Notes: a model not told the origin generated them from the letters alone. Shown: positions 29,728 to 41,739, numbered from the stretch's first letter. The stretch: DNA of 64,000 bases from Alphaproteobacteria bacterium (GCA_965232515.1 CBDDPY010000002.1:6304001-6368000); one strand, 5' to 3'. Program-made: numbers and translations.

Positions 29728-29964
29728 CTATCCCGACGGTCCGCCGCGTTTGGCGGACGAACGCTGCGCGGTGGGCCGGACGACCAGCGCCAACAGCAGA
29801 ATCAGAGCCAGCCAGCAGGAAAACACGTAGACGAACTGGATGGGGATACCGAACAGCATACCGTCGACGCTGAACAACGACAGGATCGGATAGTTGAACA
29901 GCAGCAGCCCGAGGCACAGCAGACCGATCATCCGCTCCTGCAATATCCGGGGCCGTTGCATCAT
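29728..29964 (-). CDS. Small two-TM protein preceding the SSS kinase
   Basis: LLFNYPILSLF...LFGIP...YVFSCW, resembling small membrane partners of SSS proteins. Confidence 0.75.
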   Translation of the reverse strand: MMQRPRILQERMIGLLCLGLLLFNYPILSLFSVDGMLFGIPIQFVYVFSCWLALILLLALVVRPTAQRSSAKRGGPSG

Positions 29965-29970
29965 CGGCCG

Positions 29971-30354
29971 CTACTCCGCCTGGCCGCTCTGCTGCAGCAG
30001 CGCCTCGACCTGGGAGATGACCTCGCGTGTCGAGAACGGCTTGGTGATGTAGTCGTCGGCGCCCAGCGCCAGGCCGGTTTCCCGTTCGACATCGCGGTGC
30101 TTGGCCGTCAGCATGACGATCTTGGTGCCGGTGAATTCCGGCTTGGCCCGCAGTTCGCGGCAAATATCGTAACCATTTCGATTGGGCAGCATGACGTCCA
30201 GCAATACAACATCCGGTGGCGCGGCAAGGGCCAAACGCAGGGCTTCGTCGCCGTCGGCCGCCGTGGTGACGGCATATCCCGCGCGTTCCATAATGAATTG
30301 CAGCGATAGGACGATATTCGGCTCATCGTCCACGATCAGGACGGACTTGGCCAT
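29971..30354 (-). CDS. Single-domain response regulator receiver
   Basis: LIVDDE, LLDVMLP (phospho-Asp), MLTAK, YITKPF; no output domain. Confidence 0.93.
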   Translation of the reverse strand: MAKSVLIVDDEPNIVLSLQFIMERAGYAVTTAADGDEALRLALAAPPDVVLLDVMLPNRNGYDICRELRAKPEFTGTKIVMLTAKHRDVERETGLALGADDYITKPFSTREVISQVEALLQQSGQAE

Positions 30355-30446
30355 GATGGCTTCCGCTCCCTTCCGACGCGTTCGCGTCCTCGGTCCCTGC
30401 GTAGGCGGCGCTTCGTGGTACCGCCCGTTTTTTTCCGCAGGCTATC

Positions 30447-32003
30447 ATGAGGCCGGATGGGCCGACAATTGAGGCTGGAGAGGTGCATCGCAGCGACCAC
30501 GACAAGGATCAGGCCTCGGCGCCACCGGCCGACCGCGCCATCGGCCCATCGCGGACGGCGGCGTTCCGCCGGCGGGTCGCCGATCACATGGCGCCGCCGC
30601 CGCCGCAGCTGGCGGTTGACGCGACCTGCGCCGCGGCGATTGAGCAAATGCGGGCATCAACGGCGGCCAGCGTCGTCATCACCGGCGCGGACGGTCGGCC
30701 GGCCGGGATTCTGACCGAACGCGACGTCGCCAGGCGCGTGGTATTCGACTTGCCGCCGGAAACGCAGGTCGAGACCGTGATGTCGGCGCCGCTCGTCACG
30801 ATCCAGGCGGACGATCTGCTGTTTCACGGCATCGCCCGCATGCGGCGCGACGGCTTCCGGCATATGCCGGTCGTCGACGCCGCGGGACAGGTCGTCGGCC
30901 TGCTGCATCTGCATGAGGCCTTGAGCACGGCGGCGGCGCAGCTCGTCGATCAGATCGATCGCCTGACCCACAGCGAAACGCTGTCGGGTCTGGCCGAGGT
31001 GAAGCGGGCCCAGGTCGAGGTGGCCGAGGAGTTGTTTGCCGACGACATGCCGGCGCTCGAAATCCAGGCCCTGCTGACCGACCTGAACAACGACATCTAT
31101 GCCCGTGCCACCGAGCTCTGCCTCGGCGCGATGACGGCTGAAGGGTTGGGGCCGCCGCCGACCGGCTTCTGCGTGCTGGTCATGGGCTCGGGCGGGCGTG
31201 GCGAGAGCTTTCTGAACCCCGATCAGGACAACGGCTTCATCATCGACGACTATCCGGACGCCGACCATGACCGCATCGACGGCTGGTTCAATGAGCTCGC
31301 CGGACGCCTGACCACGGCGCTCGACGACATCGGTCTGCCGCTTTGCAACGGCGGCGTGATGGCGACCAACCCGACCTGGCGCAAGACCAACAGCCAATGG
31401 CGTCGGCAGATGGACTACTGGATCGCCAAGCAGAACCCCGGCACGCTGAGGCTGGCCGACATCTTCTTCGATTTCAAACCGGTCTATGGCGATGCGTCTT
31501 TGGCCGACATTCTGCGCGATCACATCCTGCACCGGATCCGCAGCAATACCCGCTTTCTGCGAGAGGTGTACCGGTTGGACGAGGCTTACGGCGTCGGTCT
31601 GGGGTTGTTCAATCGGTTCATCGTCGAGCGCGACGTCGAGCCGCATAAGGGTAAACTGAACCTGAAGATATCGGGCTCGCTGCCTCTGGTCGAAAGCGTG
31701 CGGATCCTAGCGCTGCGCGAGGGGATCGCGGATACCTCGACGCTGGCGCGGATCGAGGCACTGCGTGACAGCGGCGTCCTGGACAGCGACGAGGCAGACT
31801 ATCTGCAGGGCGCCTTCCGTCACATCACCGATCTGCTGCTACGGCAGCAACTGGCCGACTATCGGGCCAATGGGCGTGTCAGCAACTATGTCCACCCCGA
31901 CAATTTCAGCGAGCGCGAGCGCGATATGCTGGTCGACGGCTTCAAGGCTATCCGGGCGCTGCAACGACGCCTGCGGAGTGAACTGACCGGCGATCTGTTT
32001 TAG
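30447..32003 (+). CDS. CBS-pair + DUF294 nucleotidyltransferase-like protein (start uncertain)
   Basis: CBS repeats (GILTERD, RHMPVVD), GSGGRGESFLNPDQDNG NTase motif, CNGGVMATNP, DIFFDF. Confidence 0.9.
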   Translation: MRPDGPTIEAGEVHRSDHDKDQASAPPADRAIGPSRTAAFRRRVADHMAPPPPQLAVDATCAAAIEQMRASTAASVVITGADGRPAGILTERDVARRVVFDLPPETQVETVMSAPLVTIQADDLLFHGIARMRRDGFRHMPVVDAAGQVVGLLHLHEALSTAAAQLVDQIDRLTHSETLSGLAEVKRAQVEVAEELFADDMPALEIQALLTDLNNDIYARATELCLGAMTAEGLGPPPTGFCVLVMGSGGRGESFLNPDQDNGFIIDDYPDADHDRIDGWFNELAGRLTTALDDIGLPLCNGGVMATNPTWRKTNSQWRRQMDYWIAKQNPGTLRLADIFFDFKPVYGDASLADILRDHILHRIRSNTRFLREVYRLDEAYGVGLGLFNRFIVERDVEPHKGKLNLKISGSLPLVESVRILALREGIADTSTLARIEALRDSGVLDSDEADYLQGAFRHITDLLLRQQLADYRANGRVSNYVHPDNFSERERDMLVDGFKAIRALQRRLRSELTGDLF

Positions 32004-32695
32004 CCGGCGGCGAGCGTATCGGTCGCCCGGCGCACCTGGGCGGTGCGCTCCTTCTGTCGGGCGGCCGCCCCTGAAATCAGCGTTTCGACGATCGCCGGAT
32101 CCGCTGTCTCCGGCGAGCCGGCGTTGAACGGCGGGTCGGGGGCGTATTCGATGCCGAGCTGTACGGCCTGGGCGACGGCCGGTCCACGAACTTCGGCGAT
32201 CACCCGCAAGCCGAAGTCGATGCCGGCGGTGACGCCACCGCCGGTGATCAGATTGCCGTCCACCACCACGCGCTCGGCCACCGGCTCGGCCCCGAACGCG
32301 GTCAGCATGTCGCGCGACATCCAGTGCGTCGCCGCCCGCCGTCCCTTCAGCAAGCCGGCGGCGCCGAGCACCAGCGAGCCGGTGCAGACCGACGTGATGT
32401 ACGACACCTTGGCCGTTTGCTCGCGCAGGAAGTCGAGCACCTCCGCGTCGGTCAACAGCCGGTTCATGCCTGGGCCGCCCGGGACGCAGATCATGTCGAG
32501 CGATGGGCAGTCGGCCATGGTCGTCGTCGGCGTGATCGTCAGGCCGGTGTCCGAGGTAACCGGATCGAGCGTGTGTGCAATGAGGTGTGTTTTACAGCCC
32601 GGCATGCGCGCCAGCACCTCGAATGGGCCGGTCAGGTCGAGCTGTGTCAGATCGGGGAACAGCAAAAAGCCGACATGAAACGGTTGGTCAGACAT
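32000..32695 (-). CDS. DJ-1/PfpI family protein (isonitrile hydratase-like)
   Basis: QLDLTGPFEV, SVCTGS catalytic Cys, GGGVTAGIDF, EYAPDPPFNAG. Confidence 0.92.
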   Translation of the reverse strand: MSDQPFHVGFLLFPDLTQLDLTGPFEVLARMPGCKTHLIAHTLDPVTSDTGLTITPTTTMADCPSLDMICVPGGPGMNRLLTDAEVLDFLREQTAKVSYITSVCTGSLVLGAAGLLKGRRAATHWMSRDMLTAFGAEPVAERVVVDGNLITGGGVTAGIDFGLRVIAEVRGPAVAQAVQLGIEYAPDPPFNAGSPETADPAIVETLISGAAARQKERTAQVRRATDTLAAG

Positions 32696-32789
32696 GACGA
32701 ACGGTCTCCTCGAATTGCCGATCCAAGCATATGCCGGCCGGCCGCGCGATGAATGACAATCCGGCCACGGTTTCTGCCAATGACAACGA

Positions 32790-34367
32790 CTAGAACTGTT
32801 TCTGCATGCGGCGAAATCGACGCGCCTTCCGCGATATCCGCAGGGCGTCGCCCAGCGTGTGCACGCCGTGTTCTTCCGCCAGGTCCAGCAGTTTCAGGAA
32901 CACCGCCGCCGTGACCCGCGCATCGCCGAGGGCGGTATGGCGGTCCGTCACGTCGATGTCGAAACGCTCGGCGATCGAATCCAAACGATGGTCGTGCTCC
33001 TTCCGGGAGAGTACGGCGGACAGCAACAGCGTGCAGAGCACCGGTTGGTCGAAGCGAACGCCGCTGGCATCCTCCTGCAGCGACAGGAACTTCATATCGA
33101 AGGCGGCGTTGTGGGCGACTAGGACGTCGTTGTCGCAGTAGGCGTGGAATTTCGGCAGCACATCTGCCGCGCCAGGGACGTCGGCGACCATCTCGTCGGT
33201 GATGCCGTGGAACTTGATCGAGGCCGGTGGGATCGGCATTCCGGGGTTGACCAGGCTCTCGAAGGCATCGTCGGCATGAACGCCCTGCCCGTCGACGCGC
33301 AAGCCGGCGATCTGCACAATTCTGTCACCGTGCGATGGCCGTAGGCCGGTGGTCTCGGTATCGAAGACCACGAAGCGCAATGACCGCAACGGGCGATCGG
33401 CCAGATCGAGCAGGTCCGGTTCCGGCGGCAGCTCGCCCGGATGATAGACCGGCCGCTCCGGCAGCGGTGGTCCGTTGCGTCTCGGCATCAGCCGCACGAT
33501 GACAGGATGCTCCCATAGTGACGGCAGCGCGACGCCGGCCATGACCAACAGCACGGCGGCGAGATCCGTCGGCGTTACGGTCTCGCCGAGGAAGATCGCC
33601 GCCATGGGGATCGCCAACGGTCCGACCAGGGCAGGAAACAGGCTGATCCGGCCGACGGTCAGGTGCCGCAGCGCGAAGTTGTAGAGCAGGAACGGACCGG
33701 CCGTGGCGGCCGCGCCGAGATAGAGGATCAGAAGCGTCGTGTCGGTATCGAATCCCTGCAGCGGCTGTGCCGGCCGTTCGATGGCGATAAACGCCAGAGC
33801 CGCGATCACGATGGCCATGGACATCTGATAGGCGGTGACCACCATCGGCTCGGCCTGCGATTGCGCGACGCGCCGCGCGATCAGCGCGTTCGCGCAGGCG
33901 CAAAGCACGCCGGCCATCGCCAGCACATCGCCGAAGAGCGAGCCTTGCCCGAGGTCGCTCTGGTTCCAGACCAGCAGCATCGTGCCGCCGAACGCCAGGC
34001 AGGCGCCCAGCATGATGCTCATCTGCAGCCGTTCGTGCAGGAAAATCCGCGCCAGGATGGGCAGCAACAGGGGCATCAGGCTCCAGAACACGGCCACATT
34101 GACGGCGACCGTGTGCGACAGGCCCCAGATCATGAACAGCGAAACCAGGCCCGGGTCCAGCAGACCCATCAGCAGCGGCCGTTTGCCGACCTGGTTCAAC
34201 CCTGCGCGCCGGCGGGTCGCCAGCACGAGAAGCCAGAGCGCGCCCGCCGCGAACAGGAACCGGCCAGCCGCCACCTCGGTGACGGCAAGCGTCGCGACGG
34301 CGACCTTGCTGCCGACCACCGACGACGACCACAGCAGGGTCGCGAGCAGCATCGCGAGCACGGGCAT
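32790..34367 (-). CDS. EamA/DMT transporter fused to DEDDh 3'-5' exonuclease (DnaQ-like)
   Basis: About 285 aa 10-TM EamA part, Pro-rich linker, then FDTETTGL, VAHNAAFD, RHTALGDA in one reading frame. Confidence 0.85.
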   Translation of the reverse strand: MPVLAMLLATLLWSSSVVGSKVAVATLAVTEVAAGRFLFAAGALWLLVLATRRRAGLNQVGKRPLLMGLLDPGLVSLFMIWGLSHTVAVNVAVFWSLMPLLLPILARIFLHERLQMSIMLGACLAFGGTMLLVWNQSDLGQGSLFGDVLAMAGVLCACANALIARRVAQSQAEPMVVTAYQMSMAIVIAALAFIAIERPAQPLQGFDTDTTLLILYLGAAATAGPFLLYNFALRHLTVGRISLFPALVGPLAIPMAAIFLGETVTPTDLAAVLLVMAGVALPSLWEHPVIVRLMPRRNGPPLPERPVYHPGELPPEPDLLDLADRPLRSLRFVVFDTETTGLRPSHGDRIVQIAGLRVDGQGVHADDAFESLVNPGMPIPPASIKFHGITDEMVADVPGAADVLPKFHAYCDNDVLVAHNAAFDMKFLSLQEDASGVRFDQPVLCTLLLSAVLSRKEHDHRLDSIAERFDIDVTDRHTALGDARVTAAVFLKLLDLAEEHGVHTLGDALRISRKARRFRRMQKQF

Positions 34368-34441
34368 GCTTGGATCTCAAATCGCTTCCGGGATCACCAG
34401 CATAAGCGCCCCGGCGTACACGCGATAGAACGGCTGTTGGC

Positions 34442-37018
34442 CTATTTTGTCTGCATCGTCCAGACGCCGTCCCAGTCGTCGCCCGGCGGGCTTTGCTGAT
34501 AGTGCTGAATGCGCGCCAGATAGAGCTGCGCCAGTTTGTCTTCGGGCAACAGCGTGGCGGCGCGCTCGAACAAGGTTCTGGCGCCCTGCCAATCCCGGCG
34601 TCGGAACGCGGCCATACCGTCGGCCTGGAATTCGAACGCCCGTCGACCGTCATCGCCGACCTGGTCGGCGCGATAACCGAACGCCTCGAAGATTCGGACC
34701 GGCTCGGCTTTGCCTTTCACCCGCAGCATATCGATTTCGCGGAAGTGTCTACGGTCCTTTACGCGGTCAAGCGTGTATTCGCTGACCAGGATCGGCGTGC
34801 CGTAGTATTTGGTCGCGCTTTCGAGACGCGCGGTCAGGTTCACCGCGTCGCCGATCACGGTGTAGTCCATCCGCTTCGGCGAGCCGATGCTGCCGGCAAC
34901 CGCCTCGCCCGTATTGATGCCGATGCCGTGTTCGATCATCAGCTTGCCGGCATCCGCGCGCCGGGCGTTCAGGGCCGCCAGCGCCAGCATCATCTCGTTT
35001 GCCGCGTCGACCGCGTTCTGCTCGTCCGCCTCGCTTTCGAACGGCGCGCCGAACGCCGCCATGATCGCGTCGCCGATATACTTGTCCAGGATGCCGTGCC
35101 GATGGTCGATGATGTCGACCATGTCGGTAAAATACTCGTTCAGCATGGCGACGGTGGCGCGGGGGCCGATCGTCTCCGAGATCGAGGTGAAGCTGCGGAT
35201 GTCGGTGAACAGCAGGGTGATGCGCTGGGCCCGTCCCTCGAGCACGTCGCGATGCCCTTCCAGCACCCGGTCGACGACCTGCTTCGGCATGTAGCGCGCC
35301 ATGGTGCCGCGCACCCGCTTCTCGGCCGACAGGTCCTCAAGGATCAGCATCTGGCCGATGAACTCCTCGTTCACGCTGATCAACGGTACCGCGGCCAGAT
35401 TGACCGAGACCTTGTTGGCGTCGGCGGTCGCGACGTCGACATCGAGCGAATGATCGCTCTCGCCGCTCGCGGAGACACGTTCCAGGATCGGCAGGATCCA
35501 GTCGTTGCCGGGGCCGAACACGGCGGCGGCGTCGCTGCCGACGACATCTTCCTCGGACCAGCCGAGAATGCGCTGGGCGGCCGCATTCACCTTCGCCACC
35601 CGCTGATCGCTGTCGAACGAAATGACGCCGTTGCTCAGGCTCTTGAGGATGCTCTCGTCATAGTTTTTCAGATTCAGAATATCCTCGAACATCTGGGCGT
35701 TCTCGATGGCGATCGCCGCCTGCGCGCACATCGCCCGCAAACGCCGTTCGTCGCGCTCGCCGAATACGTCGCCGTTCTTGTTCAGAACCTGAATGACGCC
35801 GAGGCACTTGTCGGTCTTGTTTATGACCGGCATGCACAGCATGTTGCGGGTCTGAAATCCCGTCTTGCGATCGAAGTCGCGGTTGAAACGCGGATCGGCA
35901 TAAGCGTCGGTCAGATTGATGGTTTCGCGGCCGCTAAACGCGGCGCCCGCCAGACCCGAGTCCGGCGACAGATAAATAATCTCCGAATCGATCCCTTCGG
36001 CGACACGTGACCAAAGCCGGCCCTGCTTCTCGTCAAAGAGAAACAAGGTGCTGCGTTCGGCGTCGAGCAGCTGCGTCGCGCCGTTGGTGATCTGGGTCAG
36101 CAGCTTGTCGAGGTGGAGTTGCTCCGATATGGCGCTGGTAATCTCCAGCAGCTTTGCTTCGCGCCGTTCGCGCTGGACCAAGCCTTGGCCCATGTCGCTC
36201 AAACTGCGGGCCACCAGGCCCAATTCGTCGGGCCGCGAACCGTCGAGGCTGATATCGAATTTGCCGTTGGCCACGTCGGTCAACGCGCTGCGGATCGAGT
36301 CGCAGTCCTCGTGCAACGCCCGGCCGTAGCGCGAAGCGACAATTAGGGCGGTGCCGACAAAGACGACGCCGACGAAGGCCACCTCGATTGCGTCACCTAG
36401 TTGTGCATGACCCTGATAGACCATGCGGAACATCAGCATGACGAGGATAATCGATGGCACCAGCGTGAAGACCGCATAGCTCTCCATCAGTCGTTGCGTA
36501 ATACGTTCGACAGCCCGTACCGCAGCCGATGCACCTGCCGACCGGCGACGGAAGTACCGCTCGAGAGCGATGTACTCCAACTGCGACAGGATGCCGCCGC
36601 CCAACGCCCAATAGCCCGACAGCAGCTTGGCGTGGCTCTCGACCGGGAAGTCGGGGTAGAGCGATATGTGCAGGCCCATGGCCAGCACGCCGGCGACCAG
36701 CCAGGATAGAACCGACAGATACATGCCGTGCCGCGCCACCGACGCCTGTCCCCAGGGCGACGGGAGCAGTCGATAGAGCGCCTCGCGCAGGCCGATCTGC
36801 ACCAGGCAGATCGCGCCCAACCCGGCCAACAGACGGGCCAGCGAAAGGCTGTCGACAAAGGGACAGACCAGTCGCCCATAGAAACTCAGAAACAGCACGG
36901 CGGCGACAGCGATCAGATGCAATTGCCAGCGGGTTTGCCAATCCACGGCGTCGAGGGTTGGGCGGCCACTTGCGGCCGTTGGTCCGGCATTTCCGGTTTC
37001 AGTCGCGATTGACGACAT
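34442..37018 (-). CDS. Membrane adenylate/guanylate cyclase (TM-HAMP-GAF-PAS-cyclase)
   Basis: [23 protein letters not shown]...[19 protein letters not shown], cyclase [34 protein letters not shown]. Confidence 0.93.
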   Translation of the reverse strand: MSSIATETGNAGPTAASGRPTLDAVDWQTRWQLHLIAVAAVLFLSFYGRLVCPFVDSLSLARLLAGLGAICLVQIGLREALYRLLPSPWGQASVARHGMYLSVLSWLVAGVLAMGLHISLYPDFPVESHAKLLSGYWALGGGILSQLEYIALERYFRRRSAGASAAVRAVERITQRLMESYAVFTLVPSIILVMLMFRMVYQGHAQLGDAIEVAFVGVVFVGTALIVASRYGRALHEDCDSIRSALTDVANGKFDISLDGSRPDELGLVARSLSDMGQGLVQRERREAKLLEITSAISEQLHLDKLLTQITNGATQLLDAERSTLFLFDEKQGRLWSRVAEGIDSEIIYLSPDSGLAGAAFSGRETINLTDAYADPRFNRDFDRKTGFQTRNMLCMPVINKTDKCLGVIQVLNKNGDVFGERDERRLRAMCAQAAIAIENAQMFEDILNLKNYDESILKSLSNGVISFDSDQRVAKVNAAAQRILGWSEEDVVGSDAAAVFGPGNDWILPILERVSASGESDHSLDVDVATADANKVSVNLAAVPLISVNEEFIGQMLILEDLSAEKRVRGTMARYMPKQVVDRVLEGHRDVLEGRAQRITLLFTDIRSFTSISETIGPRATVAMLNEYFTDMVDIIDHRHGILDKYIGDAIMAAFGAPFESEADEQNAVDAANEMMLALAALNARRADAGKLMIEHGIGINTGEAVAGSIGSPKRMDYTVIGDAVNLTARLESATKYYGTPILVSEYTLDRVKDRRHFREIDMLRVKGKAEPVRIFEAFGYRADQVGDDGRRAFEFQADGMAAFRRRDWQGARTLFERAATLLPEDKLAQLYLARIQHYQQSPPGDDWDGVWTMQTK

Positions 37019-37191
37019 GGCGCAGCGTCCTGGATGGTCGGTCTGGTGTATCGAGTATAGACGATCGGCGGGCGATCTCGTGTGATCGCATTCATATTGT
37101 GGGAAAAGCGCCGGTATTTGCGGCGCGCCGGCGATTGCGCCAGGCCTGTCGATTGGATACAAGGGCGCCGGTTTCGACAGCGGAGCGGGCA

Positions 37192-38874
<1,683 letters not shown>

Positions 38875-38888
38875 GGGAGCGCTAACGC

Positions 38889-39512
38889 CTACTGATTTCT
38901 AAGTTCGTCGAGCTTGAGCTTCAGCTCTTCGATCAGCCCGTCGACGCTGCCGCCTTTCCGCTGAATGACGGATGCGAACTCCGCGCGTTGAGTCAGCGCC
39001 AAGCTGACCCCTTCGACGACGACATCGACGATCTTCGGACCGTTGTTGGTGCCGCGTACCCGCCAGTGCACCGTTACCGGCGCCCCGTCGGGCGAATTGA
39101 CGCGGCTTTCGACGATGGCGCCGCGCGGTCCGTCGGTGCGCTCGTTGACGACCTGGAATGTCTGTCCACTGTAGCGGCCCAAATTCGCCACCAGATAGTC
39201 GATGACATACTCGACGAACAGGGTCTGATATTCGGTCTGTTGGGTTTCGGTCGAGACCCGCCAGTAACGACCCAGAACGAAGCGCGAGATCGTGTTGACC
39301 GCGAACCCCTTTTTGAGCAGGCGACGAACCTCACGCTGCTGCTCGTCGCGCGCCATCTCTTTGTTGGTCAGCAGGCCGAGCGTCTCGCTTCCGAGCTGCT
39401 CAATCAGTTCGGCCGCTTCGCCCGTATCGAGCGATTCGGAATGTGCCGCGACTCCGGAACATACCACCCAGACACCGATGATGGCCGGCAGTACATGCCG
39501 GCAGGCGCGCAT
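38889..39512 (-). CDS. mlaC: MlaC/Ttg2D phospholipid-binding protein
   Basis: SRFVLGRYWR, KIVDVVVEGVSLALTQRAEF; downstream of mlaA. Confidence 0.9.
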   Translation of the reverse strand: MRACRHVLPAIIGVWVVCSGVAAHSESLDTGEAAELIEQLGSETLGLLTNKEMARDEQQREVRRLLKKGFAVNTISRFVLGRYWRVSTETQQTEYQTLFVEYVIDYLVANLGRYSGQTFQVVNERTDGPRGAIVESRVNSPDGAPVTVHWRVRGTNNGPKIVDVVVEGVSLALTQRAEFASVIQRKGGSVDGLIEELKLKLDELRNQ

Positions 39513-39528
39513 GAGAGCGGAAGCCGAC

Positions 39529-40383
39529 CTACTCGGTTTTCGCGGAGACCCGCTCCTGCTCGTCGTCATCCTCGAATTCGATGGAGATTTCCGGAATGGG
39601 AGTGTCGTCGGCGTTGTCATTCAGAATTTGGGAACGACGGAACTGTCTGTAAAGGCTTCGGACGGTGGCGTAGTAGTCGATCGACGTGCGTTCGATCTCG
39701 TCGAGCGTTTCGATGTTCCGTGAGCGGCGGTCCAGGCCCTCGACGCCAAACCGGGCAATGCTTACGCCGGTTGACGTTACGTATCCCAGCGGATCGAGGA
39801 ACGTGTCCACGACCAGTCCGGTTGCGTCGCGCGGATTCGACGGTCCCAGAATCGGTAGCACCAGATAAGGGCCCTCCGAGACCTCGTAGACGCCGAGCGT
39901 TTGTCCGAAATCCTCGTCGTGGAACGGGATCCCGCCCTCGAGATCCGGATTGTCGCCGGCCGCCACATCGAACACACCGCCGACGCCGATGAACGTGTTG
40001 GTGGCGAACCGGCCGAAGGTCTGACTGGCGCGTTCGGTCTCGCCCTGGAAGACATCGTTGGCGAAGATCACCGGCGAGCGCAGATTGACCAGGAAGTTCC
40101 GCACGCCGTCGCGCACGGGCAGGGGCAACGTGCCGCGGTAGATCTCTGCGGCCGGCCGCAGAAACAGCCGGTCCAGGCCCAGGTTGACTTCGAAGAAATA
40201 GCGATTCAGTGGCTCGATCGGGTCGTTCGCTTCCTCAAACGCCGCCATCGCCTCTTCATCGTCGGCTGGGGGCGGCGTAGCGCAGGCCGACACCGAAACG
40301 ATGAGCGTTGCGGCGGCAAACAACTGCCACGGCTTGTAATTCTCTACACGCCGCCTCGATTTATCGAAAAGCCTGGATGTCAC
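39529..40383 (-). CDS. mlaA: VacJ/MlaA lipoprotein (start uncertain)
   Basis: Lipobox VSAC, NDPIEPLNR, EDFGQTLG, GPYLVLPILGPSNPRD. Confidence 0.92.
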   Translation of the reverse strand: MTSRLFDKSRRRVENYKPWQLFAAATLIVSVSACATPPPADDEEAMAAFEEANDPIEPLNRYFFEVNLGLDRLFLRPAAEIYRGTLPLPVRDGVRNFLVNLRSPVIFANDVFQGETERASQTFGRFATNTFIGVGGVFDVAAGDNPDLEGGIPFHDEDFGQTLGVYEVSEGPYLVLPILGPSNPRDATGLVVDTFLDPLGYVTSTGVSIARFGVEGLDRRSRNIETLDEIERTSIDYYATVRSLYRQFRRSQILNDNADDTPIPEISIEFEDDDEQERVSAKTE

Positions 40384-40650
40384 AATCGCCTCAACTGCCG
40401 TTTCACGCGAGCATTCGGTTGCGCCGATATTGTCATTATCGCTGGAAGAAAAAGTTAATCGGACCCGTCGAGACGTCAACTATTAACCCCAGCTTGATAC
40501 GGCGTTGGTATCACAATGCAATTGCGTTGACTAGAAGTCGGGAATGAAGCCGTGAAGGTTCCGCAACGATTGTGGCGGAAATGTCGCGCGTGTGCCGGTT
40601 GACCGCGGTCCCATCTTTCGCGATGTTAGCGACCTGTTAACTTGAAAAAT

Positions 40651-40670
40651 ATATAAAGATATGTTTATGT
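40651..40670 (+). promoter_or_regulatory. SahR-type operator overlapping a sigma70-like promoter
   Basis: Imperfect palindrome ATATAAAG-ATAT-GTTTATGT between TTGAAA (40642) and TATGTT (40666), upstream of sahR-metF-metH. Confidence 0.75.
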
Positions 40671-40764
40671 TTGTAGCGCTGCCCTGGTCCGGACGCTCAC
40701 CGGCCAGATGCCGCCCGGTAGGCCGATTGCCGGTTAGCGCTTGGGAGTACTTCGGAGCTTAGTC

Positions 40765-41739
40765 ATGGATCGTCTGTTGACCGGGTTGCGGGCCGCGGCG
40801 GAGCCGACGCGATTGAGATTGCTGGCGCTGTGCGCGCACTCCGAGTTGACCGTTACCGAGCTCACGCAGATTCTCAGCCAGAGTCAGCCGCGCGTCTCCC
40901 GGCATCTGAAGTTGTTGTGCGAGGCCGGCCTGTTGGACCGCTTCCGCGAGGGCACTTGGGCGTTCTACCGACTGGCGGAAGACAGCTCGTGCGCCTATCT
41001 GGCACGCACGCTGATCGACCTCATTCCTGAGGACGACCCGGCGCTGGCGCGCGATCTTGAACGTTTGCAGCGGATCAAAGAGGCCCGGGCCCGGGCGGCG
41101 GCCGAATACTTCCGGGCCAATGCCGAAAGCTGGGACGAGATTCGCGCAATGTATGTGGCCGATGCCGATCTGGAGCAAGCCATGCTCGAGGCGGTCGGCG
41201 ATCAGAAGATCGAAGACTTTCTCGATATCGGCACGGGAACCGGGCGTATCCTCGAGGTGTTCGCGCCGCTCACTCGCCGCGGCCTCGGCGTTGATCTGAG
41301 TCACGAGATGCTTCGCGTGGCGCGCGCCAATCTGGAGAAAGCCGGCTTCCGCCATTGCCAGGTCCGGCAGGGCGATATGTATAACCTGTCGCTCGACAAC
41401 GCGAGCTTCGACCTCGCGATCATTCACCATGTGCTGCATTTCGCCGAGGACCCCCGGCAGGTCATTGCCGAGGCCGGTCGCGTGCTACGGCCCGGCGGAC
41501 AGCTCATCATCGCGGATTTCGCACCCCATACGCAGGAGTTCCTGCGCGACGAGCATCAACATCGCTGGTTGGGCTTCGACGAGGCCGAGGTGTCGCGCTG
41601 GTGCCTGGCGGCGGGTCTTGAGCCCGGTCCGGCCCGCCGGCTCGACGGTTCGCATTTGAACGTGCTGCTGTGGCGGGCGCGACGGCCGAACCGGACGGGC
41701 CGTGGTGCCGCTGCGGCGCGAACCATTCAGGAGACATGA
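40765..41739 (+). CDS. sahR: ArsR-HTH + SAM-methyltransferase-fold regulator (SahR)
   Basis: EPTRLRLL, SQPRVSRHLKLL, REG, LDIGTGTG; heads the metF-metH operon. Confidence 0.88.
   Translation: MDRLLTGLRAAAEPTRLRLLALCAHSELTVTELTQILSQSQPRVSRHLKLLCEAGLLDRFREGTWAFYRLAEDSSCAYLARTLIDLIPEDDPALARDLERLQRIKEARARAAAEYFRANAESWDEIRAMYVADADLEQAMLEAVGDQKIEDFLDIGTGTGRILEVFAPLTRRGLGVDLSHEMLRVARANLEKAGFRHCQVRQGDMYNLSLDNASFDLAIIHHVLHFAEDPRQVIAEAGRVLRPGGQLIIADFAPHTQEFLRDEHQHRWLGFDEAEVSRWCLAAGLEPGPARRLDGSHLNVLLWRARRPNRTGRGAAAARTIQET

Noticed and set aside
5186-37018. Genomic island integrated at the tRNA
   Set aside because: No integrase or transposase, no duplicated tRNA 3' end seen, and no evident compositional shift.
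36529-37191. Apparent N-terminal extension of EttA (781-aa ORF)
   Set aside because: Arg/Pro-rich and antisense to the cyclase; the canonical start MASYQY with RBS is at 37192.
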